From assembly GCA_963848295.1 (NCBI GenBank), contig CAWKDB010000002.1, positions 64,001 to 128,000 of the forward strand: 64,000 bases of DNA, written 5' to 3'. The notes under the pieces were generated by a model. That model was not told the DNA's origin and searched no databases. It was given only the letters and a program-made list of their open reading frames with translations. Made by a program: the position numbers and the translations under genes. The stretch is from an uncultured delta proteobacterium (GTDB lineage Bacteria > Myxococcota_A > Polyangia > Haliangiales > Haliangiaceae). Below are positions 28,559-38,270 of the stretch, in pieces (within the stretch, counting starts at the first letter, position 1; every line of letters begins with the position of its first letter).

Positions 28559-31255
28559 ATGGCAAGGGGTACCCGCGCTCCGTCTCAGCACGCCTACCGC
28601 GGCGCGGTCGGCCACACGCAGACCGCGAACATCCACGTCTCGACCGGCAAGGGCGACGTCGTCGCGACGGTCTACACCGCGATCGACGCGGTCGATAACC
28701 CCGAGCTGGTCGCGCGGCTCCACGCCGACGAGCTGAACGTGATCGCGACACCGGGCGGCGAACCGGTGCGCGCCGCGGTCCCGGTCGTCTATCACGACTC
28801 GGCAGCCGAGCTGATGGTGCTCGTGCTGAGCGATGCGCATCGACATCGCGAGCTCGACGAGCGGATCGCGTTGCTCCAGCGTTTGCGCGACGATACGTCG
28901 CCGATTCCCGGCTACGTCAAAGACTTCGCGGTCGCGTACGGCCCTGCCGGGTTGCGCGCGTATCTCGAGCACCGCGCCGAAGAGGCGCTGGTCAAGGCGA
29001 GGTCGCCCGAGGGGACGCGCGAGCGCGAGCTCGATCGCCGCAAGGCCGAGCTCGACCACCAGCGCGCCGACCTCGAGCGCGTCCGCAACGAGCTCGATCG
29101 CACGCGCAGCGAGCTGACCGCGAAGCAGGCCGAGCTTTCGCGCCGGAGCTCGGGTCCGATCGCTCGCGTCGCGCCAGTGGCCGAGCCGACGTCCGACGAG
29201 ACGACGATCGGCGCGCCACCTTCGCCCGAGGACATGGCCACCGCGCCGGTCGGCCGGTTCTCCTCGCTCAACACGCCACTGCCCGCGCCGCTGCCGACGG
29301 ACCCGGCGAGCGCACCGGTCGCAGCGGCGGCCGCCCCGAACGGCGTGTTCCATCACGAGGTCGATCACGATTTCGACGACGGTCCGACCGGGTCGGCGAT
29401 CGTGCCGCAAGGCTCCGATCCGCTGACGACCGAAACCGTCGAGCTGCCTGTGCAAGCCGATCCGTGGCTCGACTTCGCCGCCACCGGCGCGGCGTCGAGC
29501 TTTCACGTCGAGCACGGTCGCGTTCGGCTCGCGCTGATCGCCGACGAGCAGGTCACGCGCGGGCTCGGCGGCGAGCTCGATATTCGCGTGCTGCTCCATC
29601 GCGCACAGACCTACCCGGTGATCGCGCTCGTCATCGGCCCACCCGCCGCGCTGCGCGTACCGAGCCCGCGTCAGCTCGCGTTCGTCGTGCTCGACGTCGG
29701 CCTCGAGCACGATCGCCAGGTGCTCGATGCGCTCGCGCACGACTTCAAGCTCGAGATCGAGCTGATCGCGCGCGGCCAGTCGATCCGTCACGTCCAGCTG
29801 ATCGCGCCACTCGCCGACAACGTCGGGTACGTCGTGCGCGCCGCCGACGATCACCTAAACGCGCTGACCGCCGACGGCGAGACCGAAGCGTCGTTCGCCC
29901 GCGCTCGCGAGCTCGTGCTCGGAGATGGCTACGACTTGCTCGGTCTCGAGCATACCGAGGCGTCGGAGTTCCGCGACGACAAGCTCGCCCAGCTCCAGAC
30001 CGCCCAGCAACTGCGCCGCGCGATCGCGATGGCGCGGCGGTTCGCTCGACCGTCGCGCGAGGACTACCTCGTGTGTGCGCGGGGCTTCCCGATCTCGCGC
30101 TGGCACGAGCTCCGCCGCCACGTGCTGCAGAGCGCGGTCGCGTGGGGCCTGTGGATGGGCCCGGAGCTCGCGCAGGTCGCGGTATCCGAGGGTCTGGCTC
30201 GATCGCGCCGCGATCTGATCGTCCGGCTCGGTGCCGGGTTCGAAGCGCTGCGCGCAAACCCCGCGGCGAACGACATCGACTCCGATGCCGCGGCGGACAA
30301 CGCGAAGGCGCTCGCCGAAGAGGCGAGGGCGCTCGGCGTCGAGCTCGACGCCGACGTCTACGGCAAGCTCAACGGCCACTCGAACGGTCACGCCGCGATC
30401 GCGAGCGAGGATCGCCCGGTCGTGTCGGGCTCGATCGAGCGAACGCCGACCCACGCGCTACACGGCACATCGACGCCGGAGCTGATCGGCCTGCTCGACG
30501 ACAAGAAGCATCGGCTCGCCGCCGCGATCGAGCTGTGCGATCGCGGAGAATCGGCCGCCGCGCCGCTGATCGTCGGGACCGCGAAGAAGCTACCGCGATC
30601 CGAAGCGGTCCGCGTGCTCGGCAAGTCGGTCAAGCTCGGCCCGCCGGCGGCGCAGTCGCTGATCGATGGCCTTGGCAGCAGCAAGGCGTTCCTGCGCCAC
30701 GGCTGCGCGCTCGCGCTCGCGCTGCTGCATACCGACGAAGGCACGAGCGCGGTGATCGAGCAGTTGTTCGCCGAGCCGACCGAGATCTGGCGCGAGATCG
30801 CGCGCGCGATCGGCCAGATCGGGACGACCGCGCTGATGCCGCTCGCCGCGCAGACCGGCCGGCTCGGCGACCGACTCAATGCCCAGGTCGCGGAGCGCGT
30901 CGCCTGGGCCATGGCCCACATCGGCGTACGCGGCGGCAAGAGCTCGCTCGAACAAATGGCCGCGGGCCAGAGCGTGATCGCCCCGATCGCCGCCCACGCG
31001 CTCGAGCTGTTGTCGACCGCGGCGAACGACGACGTCCGGCTGCGCCCGGAGGGCGCTCCGCCGCGCGACGTCACCGTCAATCGCGCGTTCTCGCGTCGCT
31101 TCTTCGAGGCGCTCGAGCCGGACGAAGCGGCCACCGCGCTGGGCGACCTCGAGGCTTCGACCCCGATGGAGCTGCTCGACGAGGCCGATCTCGTCGCCGA
31201 AGAAGAGGCCGACGACGAAGCCGAGCTCGACGAGTCGGATCTCATCCAAACCTAA
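28559..31255 (+). CDS. Large hypothetical protein with coiled coil, Pro-rich linker, HEAT-like repeats and acidic tail
   Basis: Long ORF with host-like codon use; LDRRKAELDHQRADLE; LRHGCALALALL and IWREIARAIGQIG. Confidence 0.8.
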   Translation: MARGTRAPSQHAYRGAVGHTQTANIHVSTGKGDVVATVYTAIDAVDNPELVARLHADELNVIATPGGEPVRAAVPVVYHDSAAELMVLVLSDAHRHRELDERIALLQRLRDDTSPIPGYVKDFAVAYGPAGLRAYLEHRAEEALVKARSPEGTRERELDRRKAELDHQRADLERVRNELDRTRSELTAKQAELSRRSSGPIARVAPVAEPTSDETTIGAPPSPEDMATAPVGRFSSLNTPLPAPLPTDPASAPVAAAAAPNGVFHHEVDHDFDDGPTGSAIVPQGSDPLTTETVELPVQADPWLDFAATGAASSFHVEHGRVRLALIADEQVTRGLGGELDIRVLLHRAQTYPVIALVIGPPAALRVPSPRQLAFVVLDVGLEHDRQVLDALAHDFKLEIELIARGQSIRHVQLIAPLADNVGYVVRAADDHLNALTADGETEASFARARELVLGDGYDLLGLEHTEASEFRDDKLAQLQTAQQLRRAIAMARRFARPSREDYLVCARGFPISRWHELRRHVLQSAVAWGLWMGPELAQVAVSEGLARSRRDLIVRLGAGFEALRANPAANDIDSDAAADNAKALAEEARALGVELDADVYGKLNGHSNGHAAIASEDRPVVSGSIERTPTHALHGTSTPELIGLLDDKKHRLAAAIELCDRGESAAAPLIVGTAKKLPRSEAVRVLGKSVKLGPPAAQSLIDGLGSSKAFLRHGCALALALLHTDEGTSAVIEQLFAEPTEIWREIARAIGQIGTTALMPLAAQTGRLGDRLNAQVAERVAWAMAHIGVRGGKSSLEQMAAGQSVIAPIAAHALELLSTAANDDVRLRPEGAPPRDVTVNRAFSRRFFEALEPDEAATALGDLEASTPMELLDEADLVAEEEADDEAELDESDLIQT

Positions 31256-31290
31256 GTCACCCGTTTCAGGTATCATCTTCCTTTCGATCC

Positions 31291-32023
<733 letters not shown>

Positions 32024-32027
32024 TCCG

Positions 32028-34025
32028 TCACTCGCCGCGCAGCGCGCCGGATGCGAAGTGCATCGCGGCGGCCTTCGCCTTGTCGAGCTGATCCGCGTCG
32101 ATCGCGCCGCTCTTCTTCATGCCGCGCAGCACGATGTCGACGCGCGCGACGGTGTCGGGGTCGAGCTTGCCGGCGTGGCGGACGCGGTGGGCCATCGACG
32201 TCGGCTCCGACGTCAGCGCTGCAAGGAATGCCGCCTGGCGAACGGTGAGGTCGTGGGGATCCTCGTCGAACCAGTAGCGCGCCGCGGCGGCGATGCCGAA
32301 GACGTGCGGCCCCAGCTCGATCGTGTTGAGGTAGCGCTCGAGGATCGCGTGCTTGTCGAGGCGCGCCTCGAGCCGCCAGGTCAGGATCGCCTCCTGGATC
32401 TTGCGGTCGAGGCTGCGCCGCTGAGTCAGGAAGGCGTTCTTGATCAGCTGCTGGCTGATCGTCGACCCCCCGCGCGCTAGCTTGCGATCGCGCAGATCGA
32501 TCTCGAGGCTGCGCGCGATCTGGTGGAGGTCGAAGCCGCGGTGGTCGTAGAACCGGGCGTCCTCGGCGGCGACGAACGCGGCGGAGACATGCGAGGGCAG
32601 GTGGTGGAGCGCGACCCAGCCCGGCTCGTCCTTGCCGATCCGCTGATGGCTGCCGTCCGGCATGAGCTCGTCGATCGTACCGGCGAGCGCGGTGACATCC
32701 GACGCCGGCGGCTCGGCAAGGACGTCGCAGTGGTTGTGCAGATCGACCGCGAGCTCGGCGCCATCGCCGACCGGCGCGGCGAGATCGAGCGACAACCTCG
32801 CGTGACCGGAGAGGTCGCCGGTCACGACCATGCCGTCGAGCGGCCCGCGCAGCTCGGCGGGCAACGACGTCAGCAGATCCGCGCACGGCGCTTGCGCGAG
32901 ATGGAGATCGAGCTCCGCGGAGGCCGGCGTGCCGCGGCGTGCCCAGCCGGTCAATGACCAATGCGCGGCGCCGAGCACGAGCTCGCCGTGGTCGACCGCG
33001 ATCGCATCGGGCGTGATCGCCACGGTGGCGCGCAGCTCGCCCGCGAGGGTGATCGGCGCTGGCGCGATCGAGCGGTGATCGATCGTGACCCCGTCGAACG
33101 AGCCGTCAGCCGCGAGCTCGAGCCCGGTCGCCCGGCGGCGTACGACGAGCGAGCCAGACGCGTGGGCATCGTCGATCACGAGCGAGTGCGGCGCGAGCTC
33201 GGCGAGCACGCCCAGCGGCACGTGGTCGCCGCGGATCGTCAGCGTCGAGTCACCCGGTACGAACGACGCCTCGAGCGAGCGCGGGAAGCCAGCATCATCG
33301 ACGGCCGCGCGCAGCTCGAGAGGTCCGCCGGGTTGCAAGCGACCGACCGCGACGTCGCGCAGCTGCGCGGTTCGAGCGCCGACGGTGACCGAGCCGTGGC
33401 CGGCGACCGCGAGCATCCGCCCGAACGTCATCTTCGGCAGCGACAGCTCGGCCGCCGCGCGCCCGAGCTCGAGCTCGAGCGAACCACGCCCGCGCGTCGC
33501 GCGGATCCGGACCCGGCCGGTGATCGCGCGGACTCCGCCGGCATCGGGCACGAGCTCGACGTCGTCGGCCTCGAGCTCGCCGCCGTCGGCGAGCCGCGCG
33601 ACCAAGGTGCCCGAGCTGACCACGACGCGGCGCACGCGCGCGCGGCCGCTCCCCGCCGCGCCCGAACGGACGAGCCGGCGCAGCAAGCGAGAGAGATCGG
33701 AGTCGCCGTTGCCATCGATCTCCGCGTCGATCCGCGGCGCCGCCACGCGGATCTCGTCGGCGCCGAGCTGGCCGGACAGCAGCGAGCTCATCCCGACCGA
33801 GGCTTCGATCGATTCGGCCGACACGATCCGGCCGAGCGCGAGGTCGGTGATGCGCAACGTCCCGGTCAGATCCGCGTCGACTTGCCCGATGTGCGCGGGC
33901 ACACCGGCGGCAGCCGACAGTTGGTCGACCAGGTCGTTCGTGCGATGCGAGACCCACGCGGACGCGAGCACCGGCACGCCGATCGACAGCACGGCAGTCG
34001 CGGCGAGGATCCGGCGTTCGGTCAT
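32028..34025 (-). CDS. Monofunctional peptidoglycan transglycosylase (GT51) with large N-terminal extension
   Basis: EDARFYDHRG, GGSTISQQLIKN, RKIQE, ILERYLN; no transpeptidase domain. Confidence 0.88.
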   Translation of the reverse strand: MTERRILAATAVLSIGVPVLASAWVSHRTNDLVDQLSAAAGVPAHIGQVDADLTGTLRITDLALGRIVSAESIEASVGMSSLLSGQLGADEIRVAAPRIDAEIDGNGDSDLSRLLRRLVRSGAAGSGRARVRRVVVSSGTLVARLADGGELEADDVELVPDAGGVRAITGRVRIRATRGRGSLELELGRAAAELSLPKMTFGRMLAVAGHGSVTVGARTAQLRDVAVGRLQPGGPLELRAAVDDAGFPRSLEASFVPGDSTLTIRGDHVPLGVLAELAPHSLVIDDAHASGSLVVRRRATGLELAADGSFDGVTIDHRSIAPAPITLAGELRATVAITPDAIAVDHGELVLGAAHWSLTGWARRGTPASAELDLHLAQAPCADLLTSLPAELRGPLDGMVVTGDLSGHARLSLDLAAPVGDGAELAVDLHNHCDVLAEPPASDVTALAGTIDELMPDGSHQRIGKDEPGWVALHHLPSHVSAAFVAAEDARFYDHRGFDLHQIARSLEIDLRDRKLARGGSTISQQLIKNAFLTQRRSLDRKIQEAILTWRLEARLDKHAILERYLNTIELGPHVFGIAAAARYWFDEDPHDLTVRQAAFLAALTSEPTSMAHRVRHAGKLDPDTVARVDIVLRGMKKSGAIDADQLDKAKAAAMHFASGALRGE

Positions 34026-34028
34026 GCG

Positions 34029-35030
34029 TCAGTGCGATTCGGCCGCGGCCGCTTCGCGGCGATCGTCGCCGACATAGGTGCGCTGCACGATCCGGCGCTC
34101 GCCGCGGCCACGGCGGGTCGCGAGCGAGGCCCCGGCGAGCATCATCTCGCACAGCTCGCCGAACGAGATGCCGGCGGCATCCGCGATCTTCGGCAACAGG
34201 CTCGTCGGCGTGAGGCCCGGCACGGTGTTGACCTCGAGCACGAATTCGTTGCCCGAGTCACTCACGATCATGTCGACGCGCGTCGCCCCGCGACAACCGA
34301 GCGCGACGTGCGCGCGCAGCGCCTGAGCGAGCACACCGCGGTAGCGCTCGGGTGACAGTCGCGGCGGCACGAAGTAATCGGTCGCTCCACGCGTGTACTT
34401 GTTCGCGTAGTCGTAGAACCCGTCGCGCGGCGCGATCTCGACCGCACCGAGCGCGCGATCCTCGAGCACCGCGACCGACACTTCGCGACCGGCGATGAAT
34501 CGCTCGACGAGGATCTCGTCGTCGAAACACAGCGCGCGATCGACCGCGGCCTGCAGCTCGTCCTCGCGATGACAGATCGTGACGCCGACCGAGCTACCTT
34601 CGCGCGCCGGCTTGACGACGCACGGCATGCCGAAGTCGCCGTGGACGCCGACGAGGTCACCGACGTCGTCGGCCGTGATCGTGTAGTAGGCGGGGGTCGG
34701 CAGGTTGTTGAGCCGGAACAGCTCCTTGGCCTTGCCCTTGTGCATCGCGAGTGCCGACGCCATCACGTCCGAGCCGGTGTACGGGATGCCGAGCAGCTCG
34801 AGCAGGCCCTGGATGCAGCCGTCCTCGCCCCACTTGCCGTGCAGCGCGATGAACGCGACCTCGATCTGCTCCTGGCGCAACGCCACATCGACGTCGTGAT
34901 CGACGTAGATCGGCGTCACATCGTGGCCGCGGTCGCGGAGGGCCGCGATCACCGCCTCGCCCGTTCGGAGCGAAACCTCACGCTCGCTGGATAGTCCACC
35001 CAGCAACACACCGATCTTGCGGGACTGCAT
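34029..35030 (-). CDS. ddl: D-alanine--D-alanine ligase
   Basis: GGLSSEREVSL, LHGKWGEDG, GSSVG, YDYANKY, LEVNTVPG. Confidence 0.95.
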   Translation of the reverse strand: MQSRKIGVLLGGLSSEREVSLRTGEAVIAALRDRGHDVTPIYVDHDVDVALRQEQIEVAFIALHGKWGEDGCIQGLLELLGIPYTGSDVMASALAMHKGKAKELFRLNNLPTPAYYTITADDVGDLVGVHGDFGMPCVVKPAREGSSVGVTICHREDELQAAVDRALCFDDEILVERFIAGREVSVAVLEDRALGAVEIAPRDGFYDYANKYTRGATDYFVPPRLSPERYRGVLAQALRAHVALGCRGATRVDMIVSDSGNEFVLEVNTVPGLTPTSLLPKIADAAGISFGELCEMMLAGASLATRRGRGERRIVQRTYVGDDRREAAAAESH

Positions 35031-35170
35031 GCGCAAACTCCTTGTATTGCGAGAACGCTGCACGATCCCGCCGTATTGCGACGCTACGGGCCCGCGATCG
35101 CGAGGGCCAATTTTTGGCGCCAACGCCGCTCCTTGACGGTGGTTCTGGCGGCGGGGTAGTACGTCCGACG

Positions 35171-36592
35171 ATGAGCAAGAAAGCCAAGGCCGACGCACCC
35201 GCGGTTGCAGCGGAGGCCCCACAAGGCGCCAAGAGGCCGGCGAAGGCCAAGAAGCCCGCGGCCAAGAAGCCGACGAAGGAAGCCGCTGCCCCGGCCAAGG
35301 CCAAGAAGCCGGCGCGCGCGAAGGCCCCGACCCCGGTCGAGGCCAGCACGCACGCGGACGAGCCGACCGAGGAGAACCCCGCGGTCACCGTGACGTTGCC
35401 CGACGCCGTCGAGGCGATCGCGCCGGCGCCGGTGCCGGTGATGACCGAAGAGGAGCGCGAGCTCGCGGCCTTGTACGGCGATCTGTCGACCCCCGCGTCC
35501 GCACACGGCGAGTTCAGCGACCGCCAGACCGCCGACGAGGATCGGCCGATGCTTCCGGAGATCAACGCACGGGACGAGCGCAAGCACCACTGGCAGGACC
35601 GGCGCGATCAGCGCCGGCGGCGGCGCGACGAGCGCAATCAACGACGCGATGGTGGCGGCGGTACCGGCGGGAGTGGTCGAGATCCGGAGCAACCGCAGCA
35701 CGCGCAACCGCAACGGTCGCAGCAGCAACCGCAACACGCGTCGCGCCCGTCGCTGCCGGCGCCGGCTCCACACGCCAACGGTCATGCAAACGGTCCGACA
35801 CCGACGGTGGAGCACGACGCCCATGGCCGCGTCGGCACGCCGCTCGGCGATGCCGCGAACAGCGTGTTCTCGCAGCTCCGTAACGGCCAGCCGCTGCCGG
35901 TGCGCCAGCTCGCCGCGATGATGCGCAAGCGCAACCTCGTCGAGGCCGAGCCGGAACAGCTGTGGCCGCAGCTCAAGGCCGAGTTGCTCGGTGACGAGCG
36001 CAGCTATCGCACGCTCGGCCTGCGCCCGCGCATCGTCTACCGCGGTCGCGACCTGTTCGCGCCCGGGCCCGTCGCGATGAGCACGACCGCCGATGCCGAG
36101 GCTGGCGTCGCGACCGCGCTGTCCAAGCTCGCCGGGGCGACGCATCGCGCGTTGACCCAACGGCTCGCTCGCGCCACGCCTGCCGGGTTCGAGCGGTTGA
36201 TCCATGCCTACCTCGTCGCGGCTGGTTATCGCGAGATCGACTGGGTCAAGCGGGTCGGCGGGATCAGCTACGCATCGGCGGTCGCGCCCGGTATCGATCG
36301 CACCGTGCTGATCAGCGCGCGGTCCGGTGACCAGCCGATCGATCGCCGAGGCATCGGCGAGCTGCGAGTCGGCGTCGAGGCCAAGAACCTCGTTGCCGGC
36401 TTCTTGTTCTCGGTGCGCGAGCTCGCCGACGACGCCGAGGTCGAGCTCGAGCGCGCCGGTCGCTCGATCGCGGTGGTGTGTGGTGACCAGCTGATCGCCG
36501 CGCTGATCACGGCCGGCATCGGCGTCGTCAGCTCCGCGGCGCCGCTGCACTACGTCGACGATCAGCTGCTGGACGAGCTGCTGGCCGGATAG
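35171..36592 (+). CDS. Disordered N-terminus plus HARE-HTH-like and Mrr-like (apparently inactive) domains
   Basis: Lys/Ala-rich tail; AANSVFSQLRNGQPLPVRQLAAMM; PAGFERLIHAYLVAAGY...IGELR...GDQLIAALITAGIGV. Confidence 0.65.
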   Translation: MSKKAKADAPAVAAEAPQGAKRPAKAKKPAAKKPTKEAAAPAKAKKPARAKAPTPVEASTHADEPTEENPAVTVTLPDAVEAIAPAPVPVMTEEERELAALYGDLSTPASAHGEFSDRQTADEDRPMLPEINARDERKHHWQDRRDQRRRRRDERNQRRDGGGGTGGSGRDPEQPQHAQPQRSQQQPQHASRPSLPAPAPHANGHANGPTPTVEHDAHGRVGTPLGDAANSVFSQLRNGQPLPVRQLAAMMRKRNLVEAEPEQLWPQLKAELLGDERSYRTLGLRPRIVYRGRDLFAPGPVAMSTTADAEAGVATALSKLAGATHRALTQRLARATPAGFERLIHAYLVAAGYREIDWVKRVGGISYASAVAPGIDRTVLISARSGDQPIDRRGIGELRVGVEAKNLVAGFLFSVRELADDAEVELERAGRSIAVVCGDQLIAALITAGIGVVSSAAPLHYVDDQLLDELLAG

Positions 36593-36594
36593 TC

Positions 36595-37194
36595 GTGGCG
36601 CGCGCGCACTGGCACTGGCTCGGTCGAGCGCCGTATCGGCGCGTGCTCGCCGATCAGCTCGCCGCGCGCGAACGGGTGTGGGCGGGCGAGCCCGGCGTGA
36701 TCTATCTGTGCGAGCACCCGCCGGTGATCACGCTCGGGCGCTCGGCCGATCCGCGCAACGTGCTCGCGGCGGGCGACGTCGCGATCGAGAACATCGAGCG
36801 CGGCGGCGACGTCACGTATCACGGCCCCGGCCAGCTCATGGTCTACTCGATCGTGCGGCTGCGCAGCGTCGTCGATTTCTTGGAGCGGATCGCGCGCGCG
36901 CTCGCCGACGCGTGCGCCGCCGTCGGCGTACCGGGCGCCGAGTTTCGTCGCGATCCGGCTGGCCTGTGGTTCGGCGACCGCAAGCTCGCGGCGTGCGGCA
37001 TCCACGTCGCACGCGGCGTCGCGATCCATGGTTATGCGCTCGACGTGGCAACGCCGCGCGAAGCGTGGCAACGGATCCGACCGTGCGGCATCGGGATGCC
37101 GCTGGTCTCGCTCGCGGAGCTCGCGTCTCCTGCGCCGACGGTCGAGCAGCTCGCGTCCGAGGTCGGCCCCCGGGTCGCTCGAGCGCTGCTATAA
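36595..37194 (+). CDS. lipB: Lipoyl(octanoyl) transferase LipB
   Basis: EHPPVITLG, RGGDVTYHGPGQL, RKLAACG, HGYAL, IRPCG. Confidence 0.95.
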   Translation: MARAHWHWLGRAPYRRVLADQLAARERVWAGEPGVIYLCEHPPVITLGRSADPRNVLAAGDVAIENIERGGDVTYHGPGQLMVYSIVRLRSVVDFLERIARALADACAAVGVPGAEFRRDPAGLWFGDRKLAACGIHVARGVAIHGYALDVATPREAWQRIRPCGIGMPLVSLAELASPAPTVEQLASEVGPRVARALL

Positions 37195-37200
37195 GGGCGC

Positions 37201-38226
37201 ATGGCCCGGATCGTCGTCCTCTACAACACCGACTACGACGCCGAGCAGACACGCGATCCGGGGCCCGATGCGACGTCGGTGCGCGGTTCGGCGCTCGCGA
37301 TCGCGGATGCGCTGAAAGCCGTCGGCCATGCGGCGGAGATCGATGGCGTGCACGGGGTCGAGGTCTACGCGGTGTTGTCGCGCCTGTCCGCGAATCGGCC
37401 CGACCTGCTGTTCAACCTGTGCGAATCGATGGACGGCGAGGCCGCCAACGAGCCGACGTTCGCCGGGTTGCTCGATCTGTTTCGCATCCCGTACACGGGG
37501 GCCGACCAACTCGCGCTCGCGCTGTGCTTGCACAAGCAGATCACGAAGGACGTGCTGATCGCGCGCGGCGTGGCGACGCCGCCGTATCGGTTCCTCGCGT
37601 CGCCGGCGGCGCTCGAGGATCCCGCCCTCGCTTCGCTCGACTACCCGTGGTTCGTCAAGCTCGTCCACGAAGACGCATCGCTCGGGATCACGGAGGCCAA
37701 CCTCGTGCACTCGGTGGCCGAGCTACGCGCGCGCTCGCGCGAGCTCATGCTCGAGCATCACCAAGGCGTGCTCGCCGAGCGCTACGTCGACGGCCGGGAA
37801 ATCAACGTGACGCTGCTCGGCAACGGCAACGCGGTGAACATGCTACCGCTGCACGAGATCGACTTCGGGGCGATGCCCGCCGGCCGACCGTGGATCGTCA
37901 GCTACGCCGCGAAATGGTTCGAGCATCACGTCGACTACGCGGGCACCCGCGTCGTGCCCCTGCGCGATCGCGAGCCGCGGCTCATCGCCGAGATCGAACG
38001 CACCGCGATCGGCGCGTGGCGCGCGCTCGGGCTGCGCGACTACGGGCGGGTCGACCTGCGGATCGACGTGGCGGGCAAGCCCTGGGTGATCGACGTGAAC
38101 CCGAACCCGGACATCTCACCGGATTCAGGTGTCACCCGCGCCGCCGCTGCGGCCGGCTGGAGCCATCCGCAGCTCGTCGCGGAGATCGCGAAGCTGGCGA
38201 TCGAGCGGACGCGAGCTTCGCGGTGA
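37201..38226 (+). CDS. Ddl-like ATP-grasp ligase
   Basis: FNLCE, IPYTG, EDASLGI, DYGRVDLR, IDVNPNP. Confidence 0.88.
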   Translation: MARIVVLYNTDYDAEQTRDPGPDATSVRGSALAIADALKAVGHAAEIDGVHGVEVYAVLSRLSANRPDLLFNLCESMDGEAANEPTFAGLLDLFRIPYTGADQLALALCLHKQITKDVLIARGVATPPYRFLASPAALEDPALASLDYPWFVKLVHEDASLGITEANLVHSVAELRARSRELMLEHHQGVLAERYVDGREINVTLLGNGNAVNMLPLHEIDFGAMPAGRPWIVSYAAKWFEHHVDYAGTRVVPLRDREPRLIAEIERTAIGAWRALGLRDYGRVDLRIDVAGKPWVIDVNPNPDISPDSGVTRAAAAAGWSHPQLVAEIAKLAIERTRASR

Positions 38227-38270
38227 GCGCGCGATCCGACCCGCACTTGGTTGGCGTGGCATCGAGTGCC

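Noticed and set aside
37201..38226. Second ddl-like gene as a van-type resistance ligase
   Set aside because: No vanH/vanX or regulator genes nearby, and it lacks the canonical Ddl N-terminal GGxSxE motif. Treated as a generic ATP-grasp ligase.
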